A stretch of 19,774 bases of DNA from Candidatus Hydrogenedentota bacterium (GCA_046583315.1 JAYGCN010000352.1:1-19774); one strand, 5' to 3'; shown: positions 1 to 8,752, counted from the stretch's first letter. Numbers and translations: made by a program. The notes: generated by a model from the sequence alone, not told the origin.

Positions 1-1575
1 GCCGATGACGAGTTGCGTCCCCGGGTTATTTTTCATATGATATCCGATTTTAAGAAAAACGGCATGCCCAATGCTTCGTCCTCTTGGAAATTGCCGAGCT
101 TCATTGAAATGGATGTCGTCTCGGTTGCTCAGGAAACCGTAGCCAATGTAGGCGTAACAGACATCGGCGTACGAAAATTTCCGAACGGCGATCTCAGGGT
201 GGTTGCGAAGGTTCAGAACTGGTCGGATGAAATGCTGACCGACTACCCCGTGTGGCTGGACGTGGGAGAAGACGACACGATTGAAAATCGATTGACCCTG
301 CAACCCGGCAGTGGCCGCCAGACCTCGTTCCGTATCGCCAAAGAGACCGCTGCGGAGTCTCAAGACCAGACGGTGGTCGGACAGGTGCGATTGCAAGACG
401 ATGACCTGGAGACGGACAATACACGTTACTTTGCATGGAGTCCCGCGCGCAAGCAATCGATCGTATTGGTCGGCATGGAACGCGCAGGTGTGCGCTGGCC
501 AGCGGTTCGTTTAATGGAGCAAGCATTGGCCAACCGTGATGAAATGCCCTGGATTCGTGAGACGGTAACACCGGAAAATCTTTCAACATACTTGCGCACA
601 GCCACCGAGCAGCCGGCCATTATCATCCTGAGCGATTACGTGAACCTGTCCGACGTGGTGGTCAGCGATCTGCGTCAGTATGTATCCCAGGGAGGCTCAC
701 TATTGCTCTGTGCATCGGGCTCCGAAGGCTGGTCCGAATCGACCGGCGCACTGCTCGCCGATACGACGGTGCAAGGTGGGCAACTTCGCTACGAACAGCC
801 TCGCGCGTCCCGCTACAGTACGATGTCCTGGGTCGATCTCGAACACGATATCTTTGCACGGTTCCAGGGCCGCCAATTCAATGATTTTTCCTCGTTACGC
901 ATGTTCAATTACGTCCCGCTTGAAATTATCGGGGAACAGGAGACGGCCCACGTAATTGCGCGACTCGATGATGATGCACCGGCCATGGTGGAGACGTCTC
1001 TTGGTACAGGAAGCATTGTGATTTGGCCTTTTTCTATTCAGTTGGACTGGACAAATTTCCCCAAAACGAATCAATTTGTTCCGTTGTTATACGAAACGCT
1101 CTACTACCTGAATTCGCTTGACGATTCCACCGTCGCCACGGAAGTCGGAACAGCGGTCTCGCCCAATTGGCTGAATTGGAATGCAGAAGGCGAGAGCGAA
1201 CTCCAATTGCCTGGTAGCGAGGATCTAGTGACAGTGAATCGGGCCGACACATCGTTTGCCACGCTGGATGAAGCCGGCTACTTCTATGGGCGCGCCTCGG
1301 GTCTTCCCGATTGGTCGTCCATTGTCGCCGTAAATGTTAACGGGCGCGAGGGCGATGAAACGCCTGTGACCGCGGCGGAGTTTTTGCTCAAACTCACATC
1401 ACGCCCCATCATCTCCGGCTCGGGAGAGGTCGCGGGTGTCGTCGGCACGGAAATCGACGCGTCCGGCCAGGTGATTGACACGGAATACGGACGACTTGCG
1501 TTGGCAGGTTTGTTGCTGTTGCTACTTACCGAGTTCGCGTATATGAATGTACTTTCACGGGCAGAATCGAGCTGA
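1..1575 (+). CDS. BatA-like / vWA-domain membrane protein with Ig(CARDB)-like and class I glutamine-amidotransferase-like domains (5'-truncated)
   Basis: Frame 1 is open from base 1 (GCC GAT GAC GAG TTG...), so the real start lies upstream of the window. 'FHMISDF' resembles the last acidic strand of a vWA domain. 'NVGVTDI...VVAKVQNW...LETDNTRYF' is CARDB/Ig-like. 'LRQYVSQGGSLLL', 'GTGSIVIW' and 'DWTNFPKTNQFVPLL' match the GATase-like module of BatA-type proteins. C-terminal TM helix 'LALAGLLLLLLTEFAY'. Confidence 0.75.
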   Translation, partial: ADDELRPRVIFHMISDFKKNGMPNASSSWKLPSFIEMDVVSVAQETVANVGVTDIGVRKFPNGDLRVVAKVQNWSDEMLTDYPVWLDVGEDDTIENRLTLQPGSGRQTSFRIAKETAAESQDQTVVGQVRLQDDDLETDNTRYFAWSPARKQSIVLVGMERAGVRWPAVRLMEQALANRDEMPWIRETVTPENLSTYLRTATEQPAIIILSDYVNLSDVVVSDLRQYVSQGGSLLLCASGSEGWSESTGALLADTTVQGGQLRYEQPRASRYSTMSWVDLEHDIFARFQGRQFNDFSSLRMFNYVPLEIIGEQETAHVIARLDDDAPAMVETSLGTGSIVIWPFSIQLDWTNFPKTNQFVPLLYETLYYLNSLDDSTVATEVGTAVSPNWLNWNAEGESELQLPGSEDLVTVNRADTSFATLDEAGYFYGRASGLPDWSSIVAVNVNGREGDETPVTAAEFLLKLTSRPIISGSGEVAGVVGTEIDASGQVIDTEYGRLALAGLLLLLLTEFAYMNVLSRAESS

Positions 1576-1606
1576 TGATACGTGTAATGACTATAGGGAA
1601 TCACTG

Positions 1607-4600
1607 ATGTCAAACGAAGCAAAAATGCACCCCGAGCTGAGTCGTCGAATCGAAGAGGTCGCCGATCAGTATCGACGGCGACAAACCCTGCGCGGCTGGA
1701 TGCAGTTTGGAATTGCGACGTTTATGCTGACGAGTCTGTTCACGGCGTTGCAGATTGGCGTGAACGGGGACGCCAATCAGACGTGGACGTTGATTGCGGT
1801 CTATTTGATAGCCGAATGTATCGCGTTGGGGGTGCTGTTGATTCGACCTATGTTGAACCCGATTTCCTCGCGTCGTATCGCTCTGTATATTGATGAACAC
1901 CATCCCGAGCTCGAAAATCGCATCATCTCCGCCTTCGATTTTGGCACTGAGCTACATGAGGACGCGTCCTCGTGGATGATTGAACAACTTCTTGCCGACA
2001 CTGCGACACGCTTGAAAACGAAATCGCTGGACGATGTGGTTGACCATCGACAGACCGTTCGCAGTGCGATGTGGCTTACAGGTTTCCTGTGTTTTTCACT
2101 GGCAATCGTCGGTACCTATCGCGAAGCCTGGGTGCCGGGTGCTCCGATTCGGGATTCCGTTGAGGGCAGCCGCATACGGAGTCTCCCGTTTTCGGTCGAA
2201 CCCGGCAATGTGCGCGTTCGTCGTGGCGACAACCAGACGGTACTCGTGCGTACCGCGCAGCCCAATCTTTCGGTGAAGGTACATTGGCGCGAAGGGAACG
2301 GCGTATGGCAACAGGTCGAGGCCGCCCAGAGCAGTTCAGATAAAGTCTATTTCAAGCAATTTTCCAACGTTCAAAGTGACATCCAGTACCGGGTTGAACT
2401 GGATAATCGACATTCCGACACCTATCAGATAGCCATGTGGACGCCACCGGAGGTGGAAACAATAAATCTGACCTATCATTACCCCGAGTACACCCAGATT
2501 CCCTCACGCGAAGAACCCAATAGCGGAAACATCACCGCATTGGAAGGCTCGATTGTGGATATCTCGGTTGTTGCGAACAAACCACTGAGTCGTGCCGAGC
2601 TTGTGTTTAAGTCGGGCGGGACCGTGACCTTGGATGGGTTGGCGGACTCGACCGTATGGGAATTCCCGCTGGAGGTTCTTGAGAGCGATAAATACGTAGT
2701 GATCTTGTACGACTTGGAAGGAGACACAAGCGAATACAATCCTGAATACACTGTCGCCATGTTACGTGACCGTGCGCCGGAGATTGATATTGATTTTCCG
2801 CGTGGTGATAACGAGGTCACCCTGCTCGAAGAACTGGCCTTCGATTTTTCCGTTACGGATGATTTTGGCTTTAGCGAATTCGGGATACAATACGAAATCG
2901 CAGGCAAGGGCCCCGTTCGTATCTCCCTGTCAACCGATACGACCTTGGTTAAAGCTTCCGAAGGCCACCATGAAATAGAACTCGACGACTTGAATCTGGA
3001 GGTGGGGGACTTTATCACCTGGACCGTGTGGGCAAAAGATACGCATCCCTCGCGCGGAGAGTATGAAGACTTGGGTGATCCATTTTTCTTCGAAATCCGT
3101 CCCTTCAAGATGCTCTACAGTGAGGCCATGTCCGGTGCGGGTCAAGGCGGGGGCCAGCAGGCCGATGACCTGGCTCAGGGTCAAAAAGATGTGCTGATCG
3201 CGACCTGGAACCTTCGTCGCGATTCGAAATATATGGATGAAGAAGAATTCAATGAGAAGCGCGGCATCATCGTCGAGAAGCAGACCCAACTGCAGGGGAT
3301 GGCCGCAGAGATGAACGCGCCGGGTGCCCCGCCTGAAATTGCTCTGCTGGTTGAACGCATGGCGGGCAGTCGTGAAGCACTGAATCGTGCGGGGCTGCCG
3401 GATCCCAAGAAGGCCCTGTCCGAAGCCACGACGCAGCAACAGGTCAGTAGCCGTCTGATAGCCAAACTCAAAGGCCGTGAAGCCGAAGTGCAACAGCAAA
3501 AAGGCGGTGGCGGCGGTGGCGGTGGTAGTCAGCAGCCGGATATCAGCGATCTTGAGTTGGCCCGCAACAAGAACTTTTACGAAGAGGAGAATGCGACGCG
3601 TGAGCAACAGGAACAGACCGACGCGGTGCTCGATCGGATTAAGGAACTGACGCAACGTCAACAAAACACGAACGAAGAGTTGGCGAAATTGATCTCCGAG
3701 ATGCAATTGGCCAATACCGAGGCCGAAAAGGAAGATGTTCGGCGCAAACTGGAGAAACTGGAAGAGGAAATAAGGAAGAGTCTGGAAGAGGCTGACAAAG
3801 CGCGTCAGGAATTGTCATCCGAATCCGTCTCGAATGAGCAGGCTCGTGAGGCGCAGGAAGCATTGGCCAACGCGCGTCACCAGATGCAACGCAGTCTCGA
3901 ACAGCTTGAGCGTGAAGAATTACAGAAGGCCCGTGCTGCAGGCGCGCGCGCAATGGACGCGCTCCAGGATATGCAAGAGTCGCTGAAACAGTTCTCACGT
4001 GGCATGGCCGCCAAACGCATGGCCGAGCTACAAGAACAAATGGAAGCACTCCAGAAAGACCAAGCGGAAGTCTTGCAGAAGACGAACGAAGGACTAAGAG
4101 AACACGCGAAGCCCGGCTTGAAAAATGCCGAGCAAAGCGATGCCCGCAAAGAGCAGCTACTTCAGAAAAAAGAAGAGATGGCCGAGAAGTTCACGACAAT
4201 GATGGAAGAAGCCAGTGAACTGGCTGAGCGCGGCAAGCAGACGCAGGAGTTGATGTCGCGCAAGCTCGGAGACTGGTTGCGGGAGACGAGTAAAGAAGGC
4301 ATTCTCGAAGACATCGAAGATTCCGGTGAATTCGTGCGGTACGACATTTGGGAATCAGCGATAGCCGAGGAATTGGATATCGCCGAGCGACTCAACAATG
4401 CGCAAGAGAAATTGGCGCGCGTTGCGAACGCCATCACCGATGACGATTTGGAGGGTATGCAGAAAGCGTTGGGACATCTGGACGAGCTGCTGGAAAGCGA
4501 AGAAATGCAGATGACCCAGGCAGGCGAACAAGGCGAATCTGGAGCACAAGGGCAGCAACCCGGTGAGCAGTCCGAACAAGGTCAGGGTCAGCAACCCGGC

Positions 4601-5248
4601 GAAGAGTCACAAGAAGGCCAGGGTCAGGGTCAGTCCGAATCCGGGCAGACGGGTCAACAACCGGGACAAGGTGAGCAACCCGGCGAACAGGGACAAGAAG
4701 GTCAATCAGGCCAGCCGGGCCAACAACCTGGAGAGGGACAGGGCCAGCAACCCGGAGAACAACCCGGACAAGGCTCCTCACCAACAGCCGGACAACCCAA
4801 TCAACAAGGTGGCCAACAAAACAGTCGCGGCGGCAATCCCGATGGCGGCGCAGCGCGGGGTGGTGGCGGCCAGGACGATATGATGCGCAATTTCGCCCAG
4901 GATCAATATCGCAACTGGATCCAGGAGTTGCGGGATGCCGAATCCTTATTACCCGAAAAAAGTCCTGTTCGCGGTCAGATCACACGCATTCGTGAAGACA
5001 TCGAAGCGATTCGTCGCGAATGGAAGAACAGAAAGCGCCCCCCGCAGTTCGATCTGTTCCTGAAAGTAGCCGCCCGACCACTCGAGCAAGCCGCCGATCA
5101 ACTGCAAAACGAAATCGAAAAGGAACTCGGCGAGAAGGAATTTGTGATGGTCGACGATGGTGATATTCCTGAACGCTACCAAGGTCACGTCGCCCAATAT
5201 TTTAAGGGCCTTTCCGAAGCCGAATCCGCTGAGATTATCCGACGATGA
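1607..5248 (+). CDS. Large DUF4175-like membrane-anchored coiled-coil protein (~1213 aa)
   Basis: ATG 1607 follows AGGGA (1595-1599); the track start at 1547 overlaps the previous gene. Three N-terminal TM segments with 'IALYIDEHHPELENRIISAFDF', then beta-rich Ig-like segments ('PPEV...YHYPEYT', 'GNITALEGSIV', 'DRAPEI', 'VTDDFG'), ~400 aa of E/Q/K/L heptad coiled coil, a Q/G/P/E low-complexity tract, and the C-terminal motif 'IPERYQGHVAQYFKGL'. Confidence 0.75.
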   Translation: MSNEAKMHPELSRRIEEVADQYRRRQTLRGWMQFGIATFMLTSLFTALQIGVNGDANQTWTLIAVYLIAECIALGVLLIRPMLNPISSRRIALYIDEHHPELENRIISAFDFGTELHEDASSWMIEQLLADTATRLKTKSLDDVVDHRQTVRSAMWLTGFLCFSLAIVGTYREAWVPGAPIRDSVEGSRIRSLPFSVEPGNVRVRRGDNQTVLVRTAQPNLSVKVHWREGNGVWQQVEAAQSSSDKVYFKQFSNVQSDIQYRVELDNRHSDTYQIAMWTPPEVETINLTYHYPEYTQIPSREEPNSGNITALEGSIVDISVVANKPLSRAELVFKSGGTVTLDGLADSTVWEFPLEVLESDKYVVILYDLEGDTSEYNPEYTVAMLRDRAPEIDIDFPRGDNEVTLLEELAFDFSVTDDFGFSEFGIQYEIAGKGPVRISLSTDTTLVKASEGHHEIELDDLNLEVGDFITWTVWAKDTHPSRGEYEDLGDPFFFEIRPFKMLYSEAMSGAGQGGGQQADDLAQGQKDVLIATWNLRRDSKYMDEEEFNEKRGIIVEKQTQLQGMAAEMNAPGAPPEIALLVERMAGSREALNRAGLPDPKKALSEATTQQQVSSRLIAKLKGREAEVQQQKGGGGGGGGSQQPDISDLELARNKNFYEEENATREQQEQTDAVLDRIKELTQRQQNTNEELAKLISEMQLANTEAEKEDVRRKLEKLEEEIRKSLEEADKARQELSSESVSNEQAREAQEALANARHQMQRSLEQLEREELQKARAAGARAMDALQDMQESLKQFSRGMAAKRMAELQEQMEALQKDQAEVLQKTNEGLREHAKPGLKNAEQSDARKEQLLQKKEEMAEKFTTMMEEASELAERGKQTQELMSRKLGDWLRETSKEGILEDIEDSGEFVRYDIWESAIAEELDIAERLNNAQEKLARVANAITDDDLEGMQKALGHLDELLESEEMQMTQAGEQGESGAQGQQPGEQSEQGQGQQPGEESQEGQGQGQSESGQTGQQPGQGEQPGEQGQEGQSGQPGQQPGEGQGQQPGEQPGQGSSPTAGQPNQQGGQQNSRGGNPDGGAARGGGGQDDMMRNFAQDQYRNWIQELRDAESLLPEKSPVRGQITRIREDIEAIRREWKNRKRPPQFDLFLKVAARPLEQAADQLQNEIEKELGEKEFVMVDDGDIPERYQGHVAQYFKGLSEAESAEIIRR
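3503..3526 (+). repeat. Poly-glycine (G8) hinge, GGC/GGT codon run
   Basis: GGCGGTGGCGGCGGTGGCGGTGGT encodes GGGGGGGG, flanked by QQQK and SQQ within the coiled-coil region. Confidence 0.85.
4517..4873 (+). repeat. Intragenic Gln/Gly/Pro/Glu low-complexity repeat (8 x QPG, mostly GQQPGE/Q)
   Basis: Translation QAGEQGESGAQGQQPGEQSEQGQGQQPGEE...GQQPGEQPGQGSSPTAGQPNQQGGQQ...GGGGQ. The DNA copies differ at synonymous sites (CAACCCGGT, CAACCCGGC, CAACCGGGA, CAGCCGGGC, CAACCTGGA, CAACCCGGA). Confidence 0.9.
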
Positions 5249-7638
5249 TGGATTCATTGATTCAATATCTGGCACCCACCCAGGCCGAGGATCTGATTCC
5301 CGTATCCTTCGGATTTCAAGTACCGCTGCCGTTTTTCGTATGCGTATTGATCCTGATTGGCGTAGCGGCAGCGGTCGGCGCGTACTATTGGCGTCAGTTG
5401 ACCAAATTCGCACCGCCAGCACGTTTAGCGCTGACGACGATGCGCGTTGTGGTCGTCACCCTGGCCTTGGCCCTGCTGATGGACCCCAGCATCACCGCGC
5501 AACACGTAAAACCGGGCGAACAGATCGTCGCGTTATTATTCGACGACTCACTCAGCATGCGCATCGGGGGCGGTTCCGGTGAGTCACGGGGCGAACGGTT
5601 AATCTCCCGCTATATATCCGCTCAGGCTGATTTTGAGGACGAGCTGCGGCGGAAGCATCAGGTCGTGAAGTATCGTGTCGGGGCGAATATTGAACCCCTC
5701 AGTGACGTGGCATCACTTTCCTTCGACAAGACACAGACGAATCTGGTCGACGGGGTTGGCCAAGTATTATCCGACCTCGAAGGAACGACCGTGTCCGCCG
5801 TGGTGCTGTTCAGCGATGGCGTACAACAGGCAGATCAAGTGCAGCATGCGGTCGACGCGGTGTCACCTACGATACCGATATACACCGTTGGTGTCGACAC
5901 GACCGCTGACTGGAGTGACATCGAATTAAGTCATTTATCCGTAAAACGTACCGAATTCGACAAGAGTCCGGTAGTCGTTACGGCGGGTGTGCATTCCTTG
6001 GGATTGAAAGGCTACGATGCCAGCGTGGTGATTCGACTCGGCGAACGGGTGATACAGCGAATACCGATCTCCATAGACGACGACGAGCAAGATCACCAGG
6101 TGCGCACAGAATTCGTTCCCGATCGCAAGGATTGGATCGACTATACGGCCGAAGTCGTGATTGAGGAAGCAGGTAAAGAACTCGACCGCATTGAAGAAAA
6201 CAACACACGAACCTTCGTCGTTGATAATCGCGATAAAGAATATCGAATTCTCTATGTTGCGGGACGTCCGAATTGGGAATACAAATTTATCAGTCGCGCT
6301 CTAAAAGAAGAGCCTCAATTCGATTTTGACAGTTTGATTTATATATCGACCGCAGAACCCAAGTTTGAATTCAGGGGGCGCGATTCCACACTCTCAAACC
6401 CGTTATTCGAAGGCATCGATGCCGACGAAGATCAGGCGCGTTATGACGAAGCCGTGTTTTTGCGATTCGGTCTGGACGAAGAATCTCTGGTTTCCGGGTT
6501 TCCAGATACTGCGGAGGAGTTGTTCCCCTATGATCTCCTTATTCTTGGGGATATCGAACGCGAATTGTTCACTACGCGACAATTGGAATTGATACGTGAT
6601 TTCGTGGACGTTCGAGGCGGCTCTTTACTGGTGCAAGGCGGCGCGAACGGATTTACCGAAGGCGGATACGCAGGGACGGCTATCGAGAATTTACTTCCCG
6701 TAGTGATGTACGCCAAGTCCGATTCCGAACATGTCACACGCGGTGATGCCGAATTTCGCGTCGAGCCGACCGTTGACGGCATACTCTCGGGCGTGTGGAG
6801 TCTCGATCTTGATGAAAACGCGAATGCGCTTGCCTGGGAAGAGATGCCGCCTCTATTTGGTATGAATTATTTTCCCGTAACCCGTGCAGGTGCCACGGTG
6901 ATGGCGGAGGGGCGCACAGCCGACGATCCTGAGGCGCATCCTCTCTTCGCGATGCAACGGTATGGCGAAGGGCTGACCGGAATTCTTGCAACCGGCGAGA
7001 CCTGGCAGTGGCAGATGCGCCTGGAATCCGAGGACGATCGGCACGAGCGGCTTTGGCGCCAGATTGTGCGATACATGAGTTATCAGACGCTTGCGAAAAC
7101 GCGTTTACGCGACAAACGCGACGAGTACACGCAATTCGTACCGCATCCCGTAGAGTTCGTCGTGCGCAACGAGGAATTTCAAAAACAGGAAGGCCTTCAG
7201 GCAACACTGCTCGTGTCGACACCCTCCGGCAAATCCAGGTCCATCCCCATCGACGAATCGCTCGAAGAAGTTGGACTCTACTACGGCCAATACGTGCCCG
7301 AGGAGGCTGGGCTACACACCTTGACCTTGCTCGCCATGGATGATCAGGACCGCGTCGTCGGGCGCCTGGAAGATACCCTGCTCGTAGAGGCGGATCGCAA
7401 CGAGTTTCAGATGGCCCAATACACGCCGCGATTCCTGGATGCCCTCTCACAGGGCTCGGGTGGCGCACGCTACGATCTTGACGACTTGGCTTCGTTGGCA
7501 AAGGCCATTCCCTTGCCGTTGCATCAAGATACCGATAATGTTGTGTTACATCTTTGGCATATCCCACTATTCTATTTGATTTTTATACTGTGTCTGCCGC
7601 TCGAATGGTTTATCCGCAGACGCCGGGGGCTCGCATAA
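5245..7638 (+). CDS. Membrane protein with vWA (MIDAS), Ig-like and putative glutamine amidotransferase-like (DUF1355-type) domains
   Basis: Start overlaps the upstream stop (ATGATG 5245-5250; stop TGA 5246-5248). Two N-terminal TM helices. MIDAS DxSxS 'DDSLS' (5542-5556) with downstream T ('TQTNL') and D ('VLFSDG'). 'EENNTRTF', 'RILYVAGRPNWEYKFI', 'YDLLILGDI', 'FVDVRGGSLLVQGG...GGYAGTAIENLLPV', 'RYGEG...TWQW'. C-terminal TM 'LWHIPLFYLIFILCLPLEWFIRRRRG'. Confidence 0.82.
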   Translation: MMDSLIQYLAPTQAEDLIPVSFGFQVPLPFFVCVLILIGVAAAVGAYYWRQLTKFAPPARLALTTMRVVVVTLALALLMDPSITAQHVKPGEQIVALLFDDSLSMRIGGGSGESRGERLISRYISAQADFEDELRRKHQVVKYRVGANIEPLSDVASLSFDKTQTNLVDGVGQVLSDLEGTTVSAVVLFSDGVQQADQVQHAVDAVSPTIPIYTVGVDTTADWSDIELSHLSVKRTEFDKSPVVVTAGVHSLGLKGYDASVVIRLGERVIQRIPISIDDDEQDHQVRTEFVPDRKDWIDYTAEVVIEEAGKELDRIEENNTRTFVVDNRDKEYRILYVAGRPNWEYKFISRALKEEPQFDFDSLIYISTAEPKFEFRGRDSTLSNPLFEGIDADEDQARYDEAVFLRFGLDEESLVSGFPDTAEELFPYDLLILGDIERELFTTRQLELIRDFVDVRGGSLLVQGGANGFTEGGYAGTAIENLLPVVMYAKSDSEHVTRGDAEFRVEPTVDGILSGVWSLDLDENANALAWEEMPPLFGMNYFPVTRAGATVMAEGRTADDPEAHPLFAMQRYGEGLTGILATGETWQWQMRLESEDDRHERLWRQIVRYMSYQTLAKTRLRDKRDEYTQFVPHPVEFVVRNEEFQKQEGLQATLLVSTPSGKSRSIPIDESLEEVGLYYGQYVPEEAGLHTLTLLAMDDQDRVVGRLEDTLLVEADRNEFQMAQYTPRFLDALSQGSGGARYDLDDLASLAKAIPLPLHQDTDNVVLHLWHIPLFYLIFILCLPLEWFIRRRRGLA

Positions 7639-8657
7639 TGAAGAAGTTGCTGTTTATTTGGATGCTCGGTGCGGGCTGTGCGCTACAACAAGTTCATGCC
7701 GATGCCTACCACGTGATCATCTGCGGCAGTGGAGGGGAAGAAGAATTCGTCGAAAAATTTCAGTCCTGGGGCGAACGGCTCGAAGGGGCCCTGATCGAAA
7801 CCGTGGACGTGCCGAGTTCAAACGTGTATCTACTCACGGAAGGAGTCATGACCGAGACCCCTCCCATGGCCGTCTCTACAATTGACTCCATTCGATCCGT
7901 GTTCGAAATCGTTGCGAATCAGGCGGGCGAAGATGACAGCGTATTTATCTATTTAATCGGTCACGGTTCCTTCTACAAGAGCATCTCGCGCGTACACATA
8001 CCGGGTATCGACATGACGGTGACCGATTTCGCCTCCTACATCGATTCTCTTAGCGTCAAAGAGCTGGTAATCGTCAACGGCACATCCACCAGCGCGGCGT
8101 ACATCAATGAGCTGAGCGGGCCAGGACGAATCATTTGCTCGGCGACCAAGAGCGTGACGGAGTTTAACGCCACAGAGTTCATGGCACATTTTGTGGAGGG
8201 ACTCGAAGACGGCAGCGCAGACAGGAATCGTGACGAACGCATCACCATATACGAAGCATGTCAGCAGGCGGCCGAGTTGACCGATGCCTGGTACATCAGC
8301 AGTGGGTACATTCCGACAGAACATGCTATTTTGGATGATAACGGCGATGGACAGGGGACGCGCCTCACTTGGGACATGACGGCGGGCTTCGATCCCAGCG
8401 TGAAAGAAGCCGCCGGCCAGGACGGTGCATTCGCCAAATCGGTATTCCTGAAGAATTACGTGTTTCCAGAGGGTGTGTCTCAGGAATGGATTGATCAGTA
8501 TATGGATGCCATGGATGCGGTCGATGCGCTCAAGCAGCAGAAGCTGGATTTGGAGGAGGAAGCATATTTTGAGCGTCTGGAATCACTGTTTCTTGATGCC
8601 GCCCGTGCCAACGCGAAGATTCGGAGTTTCCAGCCCGAAGAAGGCTCTGATACGTGA
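7638..8657 (+). CDS. Secreted clan CD (peptidase C13/caspase-like fold) protein, catalytic Cys apparently replaced by Ser (339 aa)
   Basis: ATG 7638 overlaps the upstream stop (TAATG). Sec signal peptide MKKLLFIWMLGAGCALQQVHA. 'DDSVFIYLIGHGS' (His-Gly, H109), 'VIVNGTSTSAAYI' at the DACxSG position (S150), and 'RIICSAT'. EF-hand-like loop DRNRDERITIYE and DxNxDG motif DDNGDG. Confidence 0.65.
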   Translation: MKKLLFIWMLGAGCALQQVHADAYHVIICGSGGEEEFVEKFQSWGERLEGALIETVDVPSSNVYLLTEGVMTETPPMAVSTIDSIRSVFEIVANQAGEDDSVFIYLIGHGSFYKSISRVHIPGIDMTVTDFASYIDSLSVKELVIVNGTSTSAAYINELSGPGRIICSATKSVTEFNATEFMAHFVEGLEDGSADRNRDERITIYEACQQAAELTDAWYISSGYIPTEHAILDDNGDGQGTRLTWDMTAGFDPSVKEAAGQDGAFAKSVFLKNYVFPEGVSQEWIDQYMDAMDAVDALKQQKLDLEEEAYFERLESLFLDAARANAKIRSFQPEEGSDT

Positions 8658-8658
8658 C

Positions 8659-8752
8659 CCGTTTAACGGTGGTATCGCCCACCGCGTATCGGTTAGAGTG
8701 GACGAACCGATTTCACAAAATATCAGGTGCTGAATCAGCACGCTCAAGGGGG
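8659..8752 (+). promoter_or_regulatory. Structured intergenic region: four inverted repeats followed by the RBS of the SSS gene
   Basis: CCGTT-T-AACGG (8659-8669); CGGTGG-6nt-CCACCG (8667-8684); ATCGGTT-10nt-AACCGAT (8688-8711); GTGCTGA-A-TCAGCAC (8727-8741); AAGGGGG (8746-8752). The repeats are seen directly; a regulatory function is inferred. Confidence 0.4.

Noticed and set aside
2479..3706. Long minus-strand ORFs 2479-3108 (209 aa) and 2930-3706 (258 aa)
   Set aside because: Both lie wholly antisense to the 1213-aa gene. Their S-rich and L/F-rich compositions are the expected mirror of sense-strand codon bias, and they show no recognisable motifs.
4517..4800. Repeated CAACCCGG units as a possible CRISPR array or VNTR
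   Set aside because: The units are short, irregularly spaced, in frame and vary at third codon positions, so this is a protein repeat with no constant repeat-spacer structure.
6734..7567. 277-aa minus-strand ORF
   Set aside because: Antisense shadow of the vWA/GATase-like gene; R/P/A-rich with no domain signature.
8688..8720. Hairpin 8688-8711 as a Rho-independent terminator
   Set aside because: The 10-nt loop is large and only TT follows the stem on the + strand; kept only as part of the structured-leader finding.
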